A stretch of 15,680 nt of DNA from Candidatus Bathyarchaeia archaeon (GCA_038883795.1 JAVZLK010000037.1:1-15680), one strand, 5' to 3'. Counted from the first letter of the stretch, positions 8,556 to 15,290 are shown. Numbers and translations are program-made. The notes: generated from the sequence alone by a model not told the origin.

Positions 8556-9077
8556 ATGTCAAGAGCCTTGTTCAAGAAAATTCTTGTTCCATTAGACGGT
8601 TCTGAGCATTCACTAAAAGCCTTAGAAGTCGCCATACAAATTGCAAAAAAATTTGGTGGAAAAATAACCCTAATTCACGTTTACTCTGTCGCCGTTAGAA
8701 CAATCATAGTTCCTGAACCAGCCACCCTTACGCCTTCGGGCTTTCCAGTGATGACTTCAACAGAAGTTTCTCGAGTAGCGGAAGCAGCCCGCAAAAGCGG
8801 AAGCAGCATTTTGGCGGATGGTGAGCAGAGGGTTAAGGCAGAAGGCGTTGAGGTTGAAACTTTGCTTAAGGAAGGACACACCGTTCAAGAAATTGTTAAA
8901 ACGGCGCGGGAAGGCAATTTTGATTTAATAGTTATTGGAGCTAGGGGCATAAGCAAGATAAGAGAATTGCTTTTGGGAAGCGTAAGCGACGGAGTAATTC
9001 ACCACGCAACCTGCCCAGTTTTGGTTGTTAAATTGGCTCAGCAATCAGAAGATTGTGCTTGTTCGCCACAATCCTAG
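8556..9077 (+). CDS. Universal stress protein (UspA family)
   Basis: FKKILVPLDGSEHS, ITLIHV and DLIVIGARG...LLLGSVSDGVIHHATCPVLVV motifs. Confidence 0.95.
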   Translation: MSRALFKKILVPLDGSEHSLKALEVAIQIAKKFGGKITLIHVYSVAVRTIIVPEPATLTPSGFPVMTSTEVSRVAEAARKSGSSILADGEQRVKAEGVEVETLLKEGHTVQEIVKTAREGNFDLIVIGARGISKIRELLLGSVSDGVIHHATCPVLVVKLAQQSEDCACSPQS

Positions 9078-10038
9078 CCTTCAATTTTGCGCCCACGGGA
9101 ATTTCTTCAGCATTAATTAGGGTTAAACTTCTATCTCCGCTCTCCGTAACTGCCAACTTCTCCCTTTTAAGCCATCCAGGTCCAACAACTCTAACCCTTA
9201 CTATTTCATATTTTCTGTATGGAACTGGAAGCATAGCCCTCTTATAGATTCCAAAATCCCTTGGACTCAAAACAAGCTTAACCTTAAACTCCTTCTCCCA
9301 AACCCTCAGTTGGTCATAAAACTTTTTCCATGAAAGAGGTTTGACTCCCTTAACTTTTCTTCCATGCTTATGGATTTCGTATTTCTGAATTCCAAATAAA
9401 GGAGAAGATCTTGTTCCACATATATTCTTTGTTAAACTTATTATTTTTGGAATTTCCATGTCATTTAATCCTGGAATCCAAACCGGCGCAAGCAGCAAGT
9501 CGATTTTAGTGTTTGAAACTATATGCTTAATTAGCTCAACAATTTTTTCCACATTATACCATTCTGTGTCAGCCAATTTTTTGGCTAAAGTTGAATTTAA
9601 AGCGTCTAAGGATAGGTTTATGCGTTTTAGGCCGGCCTCTGAAAGCGCATCCACAAGTTTGGTGTTTAATGTGGAGCCATGCGTTTGCATAGAAACGGTT
9701 TCCACCCCATTTATTTGATTTAAGGATGAAACAAGCTCCACAATCTTCGGATATGTAATGGGGTCGCCAACGGTGTCTATGTGTGCTTCGATGTGGCGTC
9801 TTCCTTTAAAAACAACAATTTTCTCGAACTCCCTAACTAGATAGTCAAGGGGCACAATGTATTCTGTTTGGCGTATTTTTGATTTTGGACCAGCATTTGT
9901 GGAGCAGAAAATGCATGAGAGAGGACAAGTTGAAATGGGGCGCACTTGAATTATGTTTGTTCCCCTATCAATTAGCCCAAAGGCTATACAACCAATCAAC
10001 GGAATAGAATCTGAAACCTCAAACAACTTTGTTTCCAT
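9028..10038 (-). CDS. Radical SAM protein with C-terminal TRAM-like domain (COG2100-type archaeal Fe-S oxidoreductase)
   Basis: CxxxCxxC (CPLSCIFC), the N-terminal IPLIGCIAFGLIDRGTNIIQVRP, QTHG and RINLSL, plus a beta-rich C-terminal domain (VRVRVVGPG...VGAKLKARIV). Confidence 0.85.
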   Translation of the reverse strand: METKLFEVSDSIPLIGCIAFGLIDRGTNIIQVRPISTCPLSCIFCSTNAGPKSKIRQTEYIVPLDYLVREFEKIVVFKGRRHIEAHIDTVGDPITYPKIVELVSSLNQINGVETVSMQTHGSTLNTKLVDALSEAGLKRINLSLDALNSTLAKKLADTEWYNVEKIVELIKHIVSNTKIDLLLAPVWIPGLNDMEIPKIISLTKNICGTRSSPLFGIQKYEIHKHGRKVKGVKPLSWKKFYDQLRVWEKEFKVKLVLSPRDFGIYKRAMLPVPYRKYEIVRVRVVGPGWLKREKLAVTESGDRSLTLINAEEIPVGAKLKARIVANKHNLLIAEPI

Positions 10039-10051
10039 TATGGACTATATT

Positions 10052-10098
10052 CCGAAAGGTTTATCTTAAACTTTTAAGGCAAAATTTTGCTGCAAAAT
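10052..10098. promoter_or_regulatory. Overlapping divergent BRE/TATA promoters with palindromic operator-like sites
   Basis: On + CCGAAAGG-TTTATC (10052-10065); on - AAAAG-TTTAAGATA (10062-10075). Palindromes GCAAAATTTTGC (10079-10090) and ATTTTGC-T-GCAAAAT (10084-10098). Confidence 0.5.
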
Positions 10099-10173
10099 GG
10101 AGGCAAGCCGACTAAATAATGTTCGCATATGATTTGGATGGCGTATACGCTTTACCCATGGGAGGGAGCGTGT

Positions 10174-10719
10174 ATGCTAAAATCTTCAGTGCTACTACTC
10201 ATCGCCTTAAGTACTCTAAACTCTTTAGGAGTCGGCTTGCTAGGTCCAATATACCCAATATTTGTTGTTAACCGTTTTTCAGCTTCTTTTGTCGACATAG
10301 GCTTGTTATATGCTGTTTTTTGTTTGGTTGCAGCAGTTTTTAAGACGCCGGCCGGGAAGCTTGTAGATATGCATGGAGAAGAAAAGGTTTTCTTTATTGG
10401 CGTTATGATTGGCGCTGCTTGTTCCTTATCATACATTATTGCATCCAATTTGATGCAACTTTATATTATCGAATTTTTCTTCGCAATATCCTACGCCCTT
10501 CAACGCCCATCCCTCCTCACCTTAGTTAGCAACCTCGGCGGCAAAGAAAAGAAAGGCCTGTTTTTAGGCATGTTTGAATCCTTTTATGATATTGCAGAAG
10601 CTATTGCTGCAATATCATCCACACTGATAGCGAGCAAAATTGGATTTGAACCACTATTCTTAATATGCTCCGGATTCCAAGCAACGACAGGATTTTTTGT
10701 TTTGAAAATTTGGAAATAA
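10174..10719 (+). CDS. Half-size MFS transporter-like protein (6 TM, 181 aa)
   Basis: Start reassigned to ATG 10174 because GGAGG lies at 10161-10165. It has an MFS motif-A-like PAGKLVDMHGEEK and six hydrophobic segments, and ends after TM6. Confidence 0.8.
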   Translation: MLKSSVLLLIALSTLNSLGVGLLGPIYPIFVVNRFSASFVDIGLLYAVFCLVAAVFKTPAGKLVDMHGEEKVFFIGVMIGAACSLSYIIASNLMQLYIIEFFFAISYALQRPSLLTLVSNLGGKEKKGLFLGMFESFYDIAEAIAAISSTLIASKIGFEPLFLICSGFQATTGFFVLKIWK

Positions 10720-10835
10720 AGTGCTAAAATACAAAATTTGGGTGTCAACTAACCGAAAAGAAATTTTGAATTTGTTAGCGAATGGAAAAACTTTTCTCTA
10801 ATTAAAAGTAATTATGGGTGGTGTGAAAATTTAAA

Positions 10836-11861
10836 ATGGAGAGGGAGGATTTTCTTCAGGAACCAGTAAAGCACATTAAAATCAATGGAAAAATGACTGT
10901 GGACGAATTAATTCAACAGTTTAAAAATTCTGGTTCATTCGGGGCTGGAAGACTTGCAACGGCATGCGACATATATGAGCGGATGCTGCGAGACAACTAT
11001 TGCACAATATTCTTAGCTTTGGCTGGAGCTCTTGTTCCAGCTGGAATGCGCTTTTTAATTGCGGATCTCATAAGAAAAAGACTTGTTGACGTAGTTGTAA
11101 GCACGGGGGCAAATATGGTTCACGACACCATAGAAGCCTTAGGGGGGCATCATTATAAGGGACACTGGAACGTGAATGATGAGCTGCTTTACAAATATCA
11201 CATATACCGCATATACGACGTCTTTGTGCCAGAGGAGGATTTCACAAGAATGGATTATAGACTTGCAGAGACGTATGAAGAAATAGCAGCTGAAAATTTT
11301 GGAAAGACTCTTTCTTCAAAGGATTTTGCATGGGAATTGGGAAAAAGGCTTAGCGATCCAAACTCTATTTTGAGGGCTGCCTATGAGGCGAAGGTGCCAA
11401 TTTTTCTCCCGGCTGTTCGAGATTCAGAGTTCGGTTATATCCATTGGCTTCATGCGTCAAAGGAGAAACACCGAAACACGCTCCTAGTAGACGCCTTCAA
11501 AGACGTGCCGCAAATAACTGAAATCTGCAAGCGCTCGCCCAGAAATGGCATGATAGTCCTCGGCGGAGGAGTACCCAGAAACACCGTTCAATCCGCTGCT
11601 CTTGCATCAAAAAGGGGCATGGATTACGCCATAATAATAACCATGGACCGTCCTGAAACTGGTGGGTTGTCAGGCTCAACTTTAGAAGAAACCGTAAGCT
11701 GGGGAAAAGTGAAAAGCAAAGCCAACAAGGTTATGCTCATAGGTGACGCCATGACCCTCTTTCCAATAATCGTCGCTTCCGTAATGGAAAGGCTCGGCGA
11801 AGATTTTAAACGAGCACCATCCCAAAGCACAGAAGCCCTTATGACCTTGGAGGTGCATTAA
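10836..11861 (+). CDS. dys: Deoxyhypusine synthase family protein
   Basis: LAGALVPAG, STGANMVHD, RIYDVF, PAVRDSEFG, LGGGVPRN and GGLSGSTLEETVSWGK, which retains the catalytic Lys. Confidence 0.9.
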   Translation: MEREDFLQEPVKHIKINGKMTVDELIQQFKNSGSFGAGRLATACDIYERMLRDNYCTIFLALAGALVPAGMRFLIADLIRKRLVDVVVSTGANMVHDTIEALGGHHYKGHWNVNDELLYKYHIYRIYDVFVPEEDFTRMDYRLAETYEEIAAENFGKTLSSKDFAWELGKRLSDPNSILRAAYEAKVPIFLPAVRDSEFGYIHWLHASKEKHRNTLLVDAFKDVPQITEICKRSPRNGMIVLGGGVPRNTVQSAALASKRGMDYAIIITMDRPETGGLSGSTLEETVSWGKVKSKANKVMLIGDAMTLFPIIVASVMERLGEDFKRAPSQSTEALMTLEVH

Positions 11862-12062
11862 ATGAAAGTAAAGCAGAAGTTTTGTGGAAACTGCGGAAAC
11901 CATAATGTCTATGAATATCCAGAAAAAATCTTCTGCTCAAAACGCTACTCAAAAAACGAAAACCCAATAGTGGAAACTTTATGGTGTTGCCCAGAATGGA
12001 ACCTCAGCAGCCAAGAATGCTACTGCGTAGAAGAAGCCCTAAACAAAAGAAACAAAAAATAA
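11862..12062 (+). CDS. Small Cys-rich hypothetical protein (66 aa)
   Basis: The ATG directly follows the dys TAA, with a GGAGGTG SD inside the end of dys. It has 7 Cys: CGNC, C, CC, CYC. Confidence 0.75.
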   Translation: MKVKQKFCGNCGNHNVYEYPEKIFCSKRYSKNENPIVETLWCCPEWNLSSQECYCVEEALNKRNKK

Positions 12063-12085
12063 CCCCACCTTTCTTTATTTAACAT

Positions 12086-12096
12086 TAAAGTTAATA
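12086..12096 (+). promoter_or_regulatory. Putative BRE/TATA for tRNA-Gln
   Basis: TAAAG-TTAATA about 24 nt upstream of the tRNA 5' end. Confidence 0.4.
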
Positions 12097-12119
12097 CGTA
12101 GATTTCAAGTTTATAACAT

Positions 12120-12195
12120 AGCCCGGTGGTGTAGCGGTCAAGCATGGAGGCCTCTGGAGCCTCTGACGAGAGTTCGAATCTCTCCCGGGCTACCA
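12120..12195 (+). tRNA. tRNA-Gln(CTG)
   Basis: Acceptor AGCCCGG/CCGGGCT with the A1-U72 pair typical of archaeal tRNA-Gln. Anticodon arm GAGGC-CT CTG GA-GCCTC, T arm GAGAG-TTCGAAT-CTCTC, and an encoded ACCA end. Confidence 0.97.
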
Positions 12196-12391
12196 TAAGA
12201 TTTTCTTAATTTCTTGTCTTGTTAAAGTTGAGTAATTGTTATTTGGTTTGTAAAAACTAGAGGGGGATGCGCATGTTGGTTTGATTTTAAACCAAAAATT
12301 GGATGAATATCATGAAATTGTGGCTAAAGGTAACCTCCAAAACCTCATTTCAAATGTTTTTAAGATAGACTATTTTGAGTGTAACGTAAAA

Positions 12392-12898
12392 ATGGAGCAA
12401 GATAACGCAAACTCAAGTCTCATACAAAGGATGCTTCAAGAATTCCCCTACTCACCAAGTTCCCTTTCTGTAATTGACGCGGCTTTGGATTTGGCTGAAT
12501 TTAAACCCAACGATGTTTTTACGGATTTGGGATGCGGCGACGGAACTGTTTTGATAAGGGCCTCTGAAAGGTTTGGCGTTTTTAGCGTAGGTTTCGAGAT
12601 TAACAGCAAACTTGTTAAAATGGCGAAAACGAAAGCGAAAGCGTCTGGATTCAAAAATTTGATTGAAATAGTGCATGCGGACCTCTTTAAAATTGACATT
12701 TCAAGATTTAACGTAATTTATGTTTATCCATATCCTCCTGTTGTTAGGAGCCTTTCAGACAAAATTGCTGAAGAATGCAAAAAGGGAAGCAGAATTCTAG
12801 TGCATGATTACGCCTTAAAAAATCTTCAACCAACCAAAACAGTACAAATAGCTGGAAGCTCCTTTCACACGCACACAATATATCTTTACAAATTGTGA
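12392..12898 (+). CDS. Class I SAM-dependent methyltransferase, probable protein-lysine methyltransferase (aKMT/FAM173/DOT1-like)
   Basis: PYSPS...AALDLAEFKPNDVFTDLGCGDG, GFEIN, ADLF and VIYVY motifs. ATG 12392 is preferred over TTG 12281. Confidence 0.8.
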   Translation: MEQDNANSSLIQRMLQEFPYSPSSLSVIDAALDLAEFKPNDVFTDLGCGDGTVLIRASERFGVFSVGFEINSKLVKMAKTKAKASGFKNLIEIVHADLFKIDISRFNVIYVYPYPPVVRSLSDKIAEECKKGSRILVHDYALKNLQPTKTVQIAGSSFHTHTIYLYKL

Positions 12899-12914
12899 TC
12901 ATTTTTCCACGTTA

Positions 12915-12978
12915 AATGCTGTTTGATGGCTTCTTACCTGGAGGCAAACCCTTGCTTGCGCGCTCTTCTGATAACATT
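12915..12978 (+). ncRNA. Candidate box C/D sRNA or K-turn element
   Basis: C-like TTGATGG (12923-12929) and D box CTGA (12968-12971) lie 38 nt apart, with terminal stem AATG-C-TG/TA-A-CATT in K-turn register. The internal D'/C' boxes are poor. Confidence 0.3.
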
Positions 12979-12989
12979 ATAGTTCAATA

Positions 12990-13856
12990 TTAACGTGAAT
13001 ATAGAAGCCATGAACCATCACATAAAGCGGTATTTAAGTGGCTTAAGCCTTCGCGGCATGTTCCAAATTTTATGCCATATTTTTCAGCCGTTAAGCGTAT
13101 TTTTTCCATAATTTCAAGCCGTAAACTTTTTGGCAAATAGGTGTATCTGCCAATTTTTTCTCCTTTTTCAAAATATAGGGGTTTCAGTTTTTCTGCTGCC
13201 TCCGGTAACGCCATACTAAGCCTTTGCCAATTGTCTGGTTTAACCTTGTAAGTTGAAACTGTTATGTGCTTTATTTCTATCGAAGCAAGTGTTTTGATAA
13301 GATTTTCTTGGTCATCGTTTACGAATGGGATTATTGGGTCTATTCGAATAGAGGTTGGTATGCCCTTATTAACCAGTGATTCAGCAGCCTTCAATCGCTC
13401 TGACGATGGCGGAGCGTGTGGTTCCATGATTTTTGCGAGTTCATCGTCTATTGTGGTTATTGTTAAGGAAACCATAGAAGGCTTCCTCATCAAAAGGTCA
13501 ACATCTCTTATAACCATATCAGATTTCGTGACGATCTGAAGTTTGCAGTTATGCTGCATTAAGATTTCCAAACATTTCCGTGTCAAACCCAATTCAGCTT
13601 CCAAATTTGGATAGGGGTCTGAAGAATTGGCTATGGAAATCAATTCCCCTTTAAGCTTCAAAGCCTCTCTTTTCAATTTTTGAATCAAATCTTTTTTAGG
13701 TCTGCAAAAGAAAAATTTTGGAATATAACTTGAGGCGTAACAATAAACACATGCATGGTCACAACCAGTGTAAGGATTAATAGTCAATTTAGGCGGACAA
13801 CTACAGAGTTTTGAACGCCAAGGGTCGAACCGTGAAATTAGACTCACAAACTTCAC
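12990..13856 (-). CDS. Radical SAM protein, SplB/COG1533-like (spore photoproduct lyase-related)
   Basis: INPYTGCDHACVYCY, SSDPYP, IVTKS, EPHAP..SERL and RIDPIIP motifs. GTG start. Confidence 0.88.
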   Translation of the reverse strand: MKFVSLISRFDPWRSKLCSCPPKLTINPYTGCDHACVYCYASSYIPKFFFCRPKKDLIQKLKREALKLKGELISIANSSDPYPNLEAELGLTRKCLEILMQHNCKLQIVTKSDMVIRDVDLLMRKPSMVSLTITTIDDELAKIMEPHAPPSSERLKAAESLVNKGIPTSIRIDPIIPFVNDDQENLIKTLASIEIKHITVSTYKVKPDNWQRLSMALPEAAEKLKPLYFEKGEKIGRYTYLPKSLRLEIMEKIRLTAEKYGIKFGTCREGLSHLNTALCDGSWLLYSR

Positions 13857-14008
13857 TCAAATGTTATAAAATACAAGACAAACAAAAATCATTCGCTTTT
13901 AAAAATAAGCAAAAGTGCGGGGAATTAGGTTTATACTGTCGTTTAAAACTGTTAACTTTACTTGGAAGCTGCGATGTTGTTTATGAATGAATGTGAGGAT
14001 AGTTGCTG

Positions 14009-14743
14009 CTATTTTTCACAGAAAATTACATGTTCTATTGGAAACTCGATACCATATTTTTTAAGCTGCTTTTGGTGGGTTTTAAGGAAGTTTTGGCTAA
14101 CCCATCCTTTAAGGTATTTAAGTGCCTCCTTGTAGTTCATTTTCACGTTTGTTTCAAAATATTTCACAGTCATATTCTTGAAGCCTATTTTATGCATAAG
14201 TGCAACCACTTCATCGGAGAATGGTGAAAACCACTTCGGTTTAGGCTGTAAAGTTTCAATAGAAAAAGCATCCGCCTTAATGAAAAGTCTTTGAGCCTCA
14301 TTTTCTGGAGTGGGGCTGAGCTCTCCATGAGCCATTTTGCCATTCTTTTTCAAAATTCTATAGAACTCCTGAAGTGTTCTTTCAAGCCCTTTTTTGTCTA
14401 AATCGCAAAAGAGCTCATTGGAGATTATTAGGTCAACGCTTTCATCTGCTATTTCTTCCATGTTTCTGGCATCACCTTTAACGGCAAAAACAAAACTTTC
14501 AAGCCCTTCTTTTTGAATTCTCTCCTTTAGAACATTCAAGTCGCCTTCATAAGGACCGGTAGAAATGTCAAAAGCAATAACCTTAAAATCCTTCTTAATT
14601 TTGCTAACCCTTTTTACAAAAGGTATTGTCAATTGACCACTACCACAACCAGCCTCAAGAATAACCGAAACATTATCAAAAGCAATATTCTCCAATAAAA
14701 AGGCAGCCAATCGCTCATACATTATCTCCAAATAAGTATTCAT
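14009..14743 (-). CDS. Class I SAM-dependent methyltransferase (Methyltransf_11/UbiE-like)
   Basis: ILEAGCGSG, IAFDIS, KGDARNM, DESVDLIIS and EFYRILKKNG motifs. Confidence 0.9.
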   Translation of the reverse strand: MNTYLEIMYERLAAFLLENIAFDNVSVILEAGCGSGQLTIPFVKRVSKIKKDFKVIAFDISTGPYEGDLNVLKERIQKEGLESFVFAVKGDARNMEEIADESVDLIISNELFCDLDKKGLERTLQEFYRILKKNGKMAHGELSPTPENEAQRLFIKADAFSIETLQPKPKWFSPFSDEVVALMHKIGFKNMTVKYFETNVKMNYKEALKYLKGWVSQNFLKTHQKQLKKYGIEFPIEHVIFCEK

Positions 14744-14830
14744 AAGACAAATCCCTTATTTTTAAAAGTCCAACAACATGATTTGAGTTTTTCTCTAATT
14801 TGACAGTTTAAACCTAGAAGTAAGATTAAG

Positions 14831-14913
14831 TGCGGGGGGTGGGGTTTGAACCCACGCAGCCCTACGGCAGCAGGTCCTAAGCCTGCCTCCTTTGACCACT
14901 CGGACACCCCCGC
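14831..14913 (-). tRNA. tRNA-Leu(TAG)
   Basis: Reverse complement gives acceptor GCGGGGG/CCCCCGC-A, anticodon arm GCAGG-CT TAG GA-CCTGC, variable arm GCC-GTAG-GGC and T arm GTGGG-TTCAAAC-CCCAC. CCA is not encoded. Confidence 0.97.
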
Positions 14914-14986
14914 AACGGCTTAAATCTTCAAATTTTGAATTGGCAATCTCTTTTATATTATTTTAACCTTTAAAAGAAGTTTATTC

Positions 14987-15047
14987 GTGGGAGAATGGTT
15001 AAGTGAAGGGAGAAAGGAAAACAGAACTTGCCCATTCTCTCCACACA
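14987..15047 (+). ncRNA. Candidate structured small RNA (H/ACA-like geometry)
   Basis: 17-bp stem (14987-15004 with 15026-15044; one bulge, one mismatch), tandem GA/GA at the loop base, a purine-rich loop and ACA directly 3' (15045-15047). TTTTATAT at 14951-14958 could be its TATA box. Confidence 0.35.
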
Positions 15048-15209
15048 TCTAATCAAAGATATAGTCTAATCAAGGATTTAAGCTCTAACTTTATAAGATG
15101 GAAGTAATCGAAAGCTCTAAATCCTCTTTTGAAATTTTTCTAAAGAGGAAACGGGTGCCTCGGTGGCCTAGCCTGGTGGGGCATCGCCTTGGTAAGCTTT
15201 AAGCTCTAA
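15048..15209 (+). repeat. Cluster of short direct repeats sharing TCTAA, including copies of the tRNA-Thr intron sequence
   Basis: TCTAATCAA(A/G)GAT at 15048-15060 and 15065-15077. AAGCTCTAA at 15080-15088, 15112-15120 and 15201-15209. Confidence 0.7.
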
Positions 15210-15247
15210 AAAGGCGGTGGTCGCGGGTTCGAATCCCGCCCGAGGCT
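15157..15247 (+). tRNA. tRNA-Thr(GGT) with 17-nt intron at canonical position 37/38 (15195-15211)
   Basis: Acceptor GCCTCGG/CCGAGGC with U73. Anticodon arm TCGCC-TT GGT A[AGCTTTAAGCTCTAAAA]A-GGCGG, T arm GCGGG-TTCGAAT-CCCGC. TTGG/CTAA form the central helix of a BHB-like motif. Confidence 0.93.
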
Positions 15248-15252
15248 TTAAA

Positions 15253-15266
15253 CCAAAAGTATAAAA
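15253..15266 (+). promoter_or_regulatory. BRE/TATA promoter of the integrase (probably leaderless mRNA)
   Basis: CCAAAAG-TATAAAA ends 24 nt before ATG 15291. Confidence 0.6.
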
Positions 15267-15290
15267 GCGCTTAATTCCTAATTATTACTG

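Noticed and set aside
10732-10768. CAAAATTT/AAATTTTG inverted repeat upstream of dys, and a possible frameshifted second half of the MFS gene
   Set aside because: An AT-rich 8-mer is expected by chance, and the 116-nt gap cannot encode six more TM helices.
12193-12348. Minus-strand reading frame interrupted by one TGA (possible selenoprotein read-through)
   Set aside because: No redox-motif context around the TGA, no recognisable SECIS, and the product resembles nothing I know.
12281-12391. N-terminal extension of the methyltransferase from TTG 12281
   Set aside because: The family-like sequence starts after ATG 12392 and the extension has no motif, although it is not formally excluded.
12941-12963. 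GGCAAACC resembling a c-di-GMP-I riboswitch start (and TTATCAG on the minus strand resembling SAM-I)
   Set aside because: The remaining consensus elements are absent, and the site lies between convergent 3' ends rather than in a 5' UTR.
1530-14227. Short alternative-frame or antisense ORFs in the track (e.g. 1530..1781, 2138..2320, 2289..2486, 2378..2581, 2629..2817, 4060..4338, 4378..4596, 4712..4951, 6828..7013, 7155..7340, 8681..8881, 9053..9247, 9458..9718, 10152..10448, 11497..11903, 12448..12699, 13264..13539, 14003..14227)
   Set aside because: They overlap well-supported genes and show no recognisable motifs, so they are shadow ORFs.
15048-15143. Repeat cluster as a mini-CRISPR array or as ORB origin boxes
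   Set aside because: The repeats are only 9-13 nt with irregular short spacing, there is no ORB consensus, and no cas or cdc6 gene is in the window.
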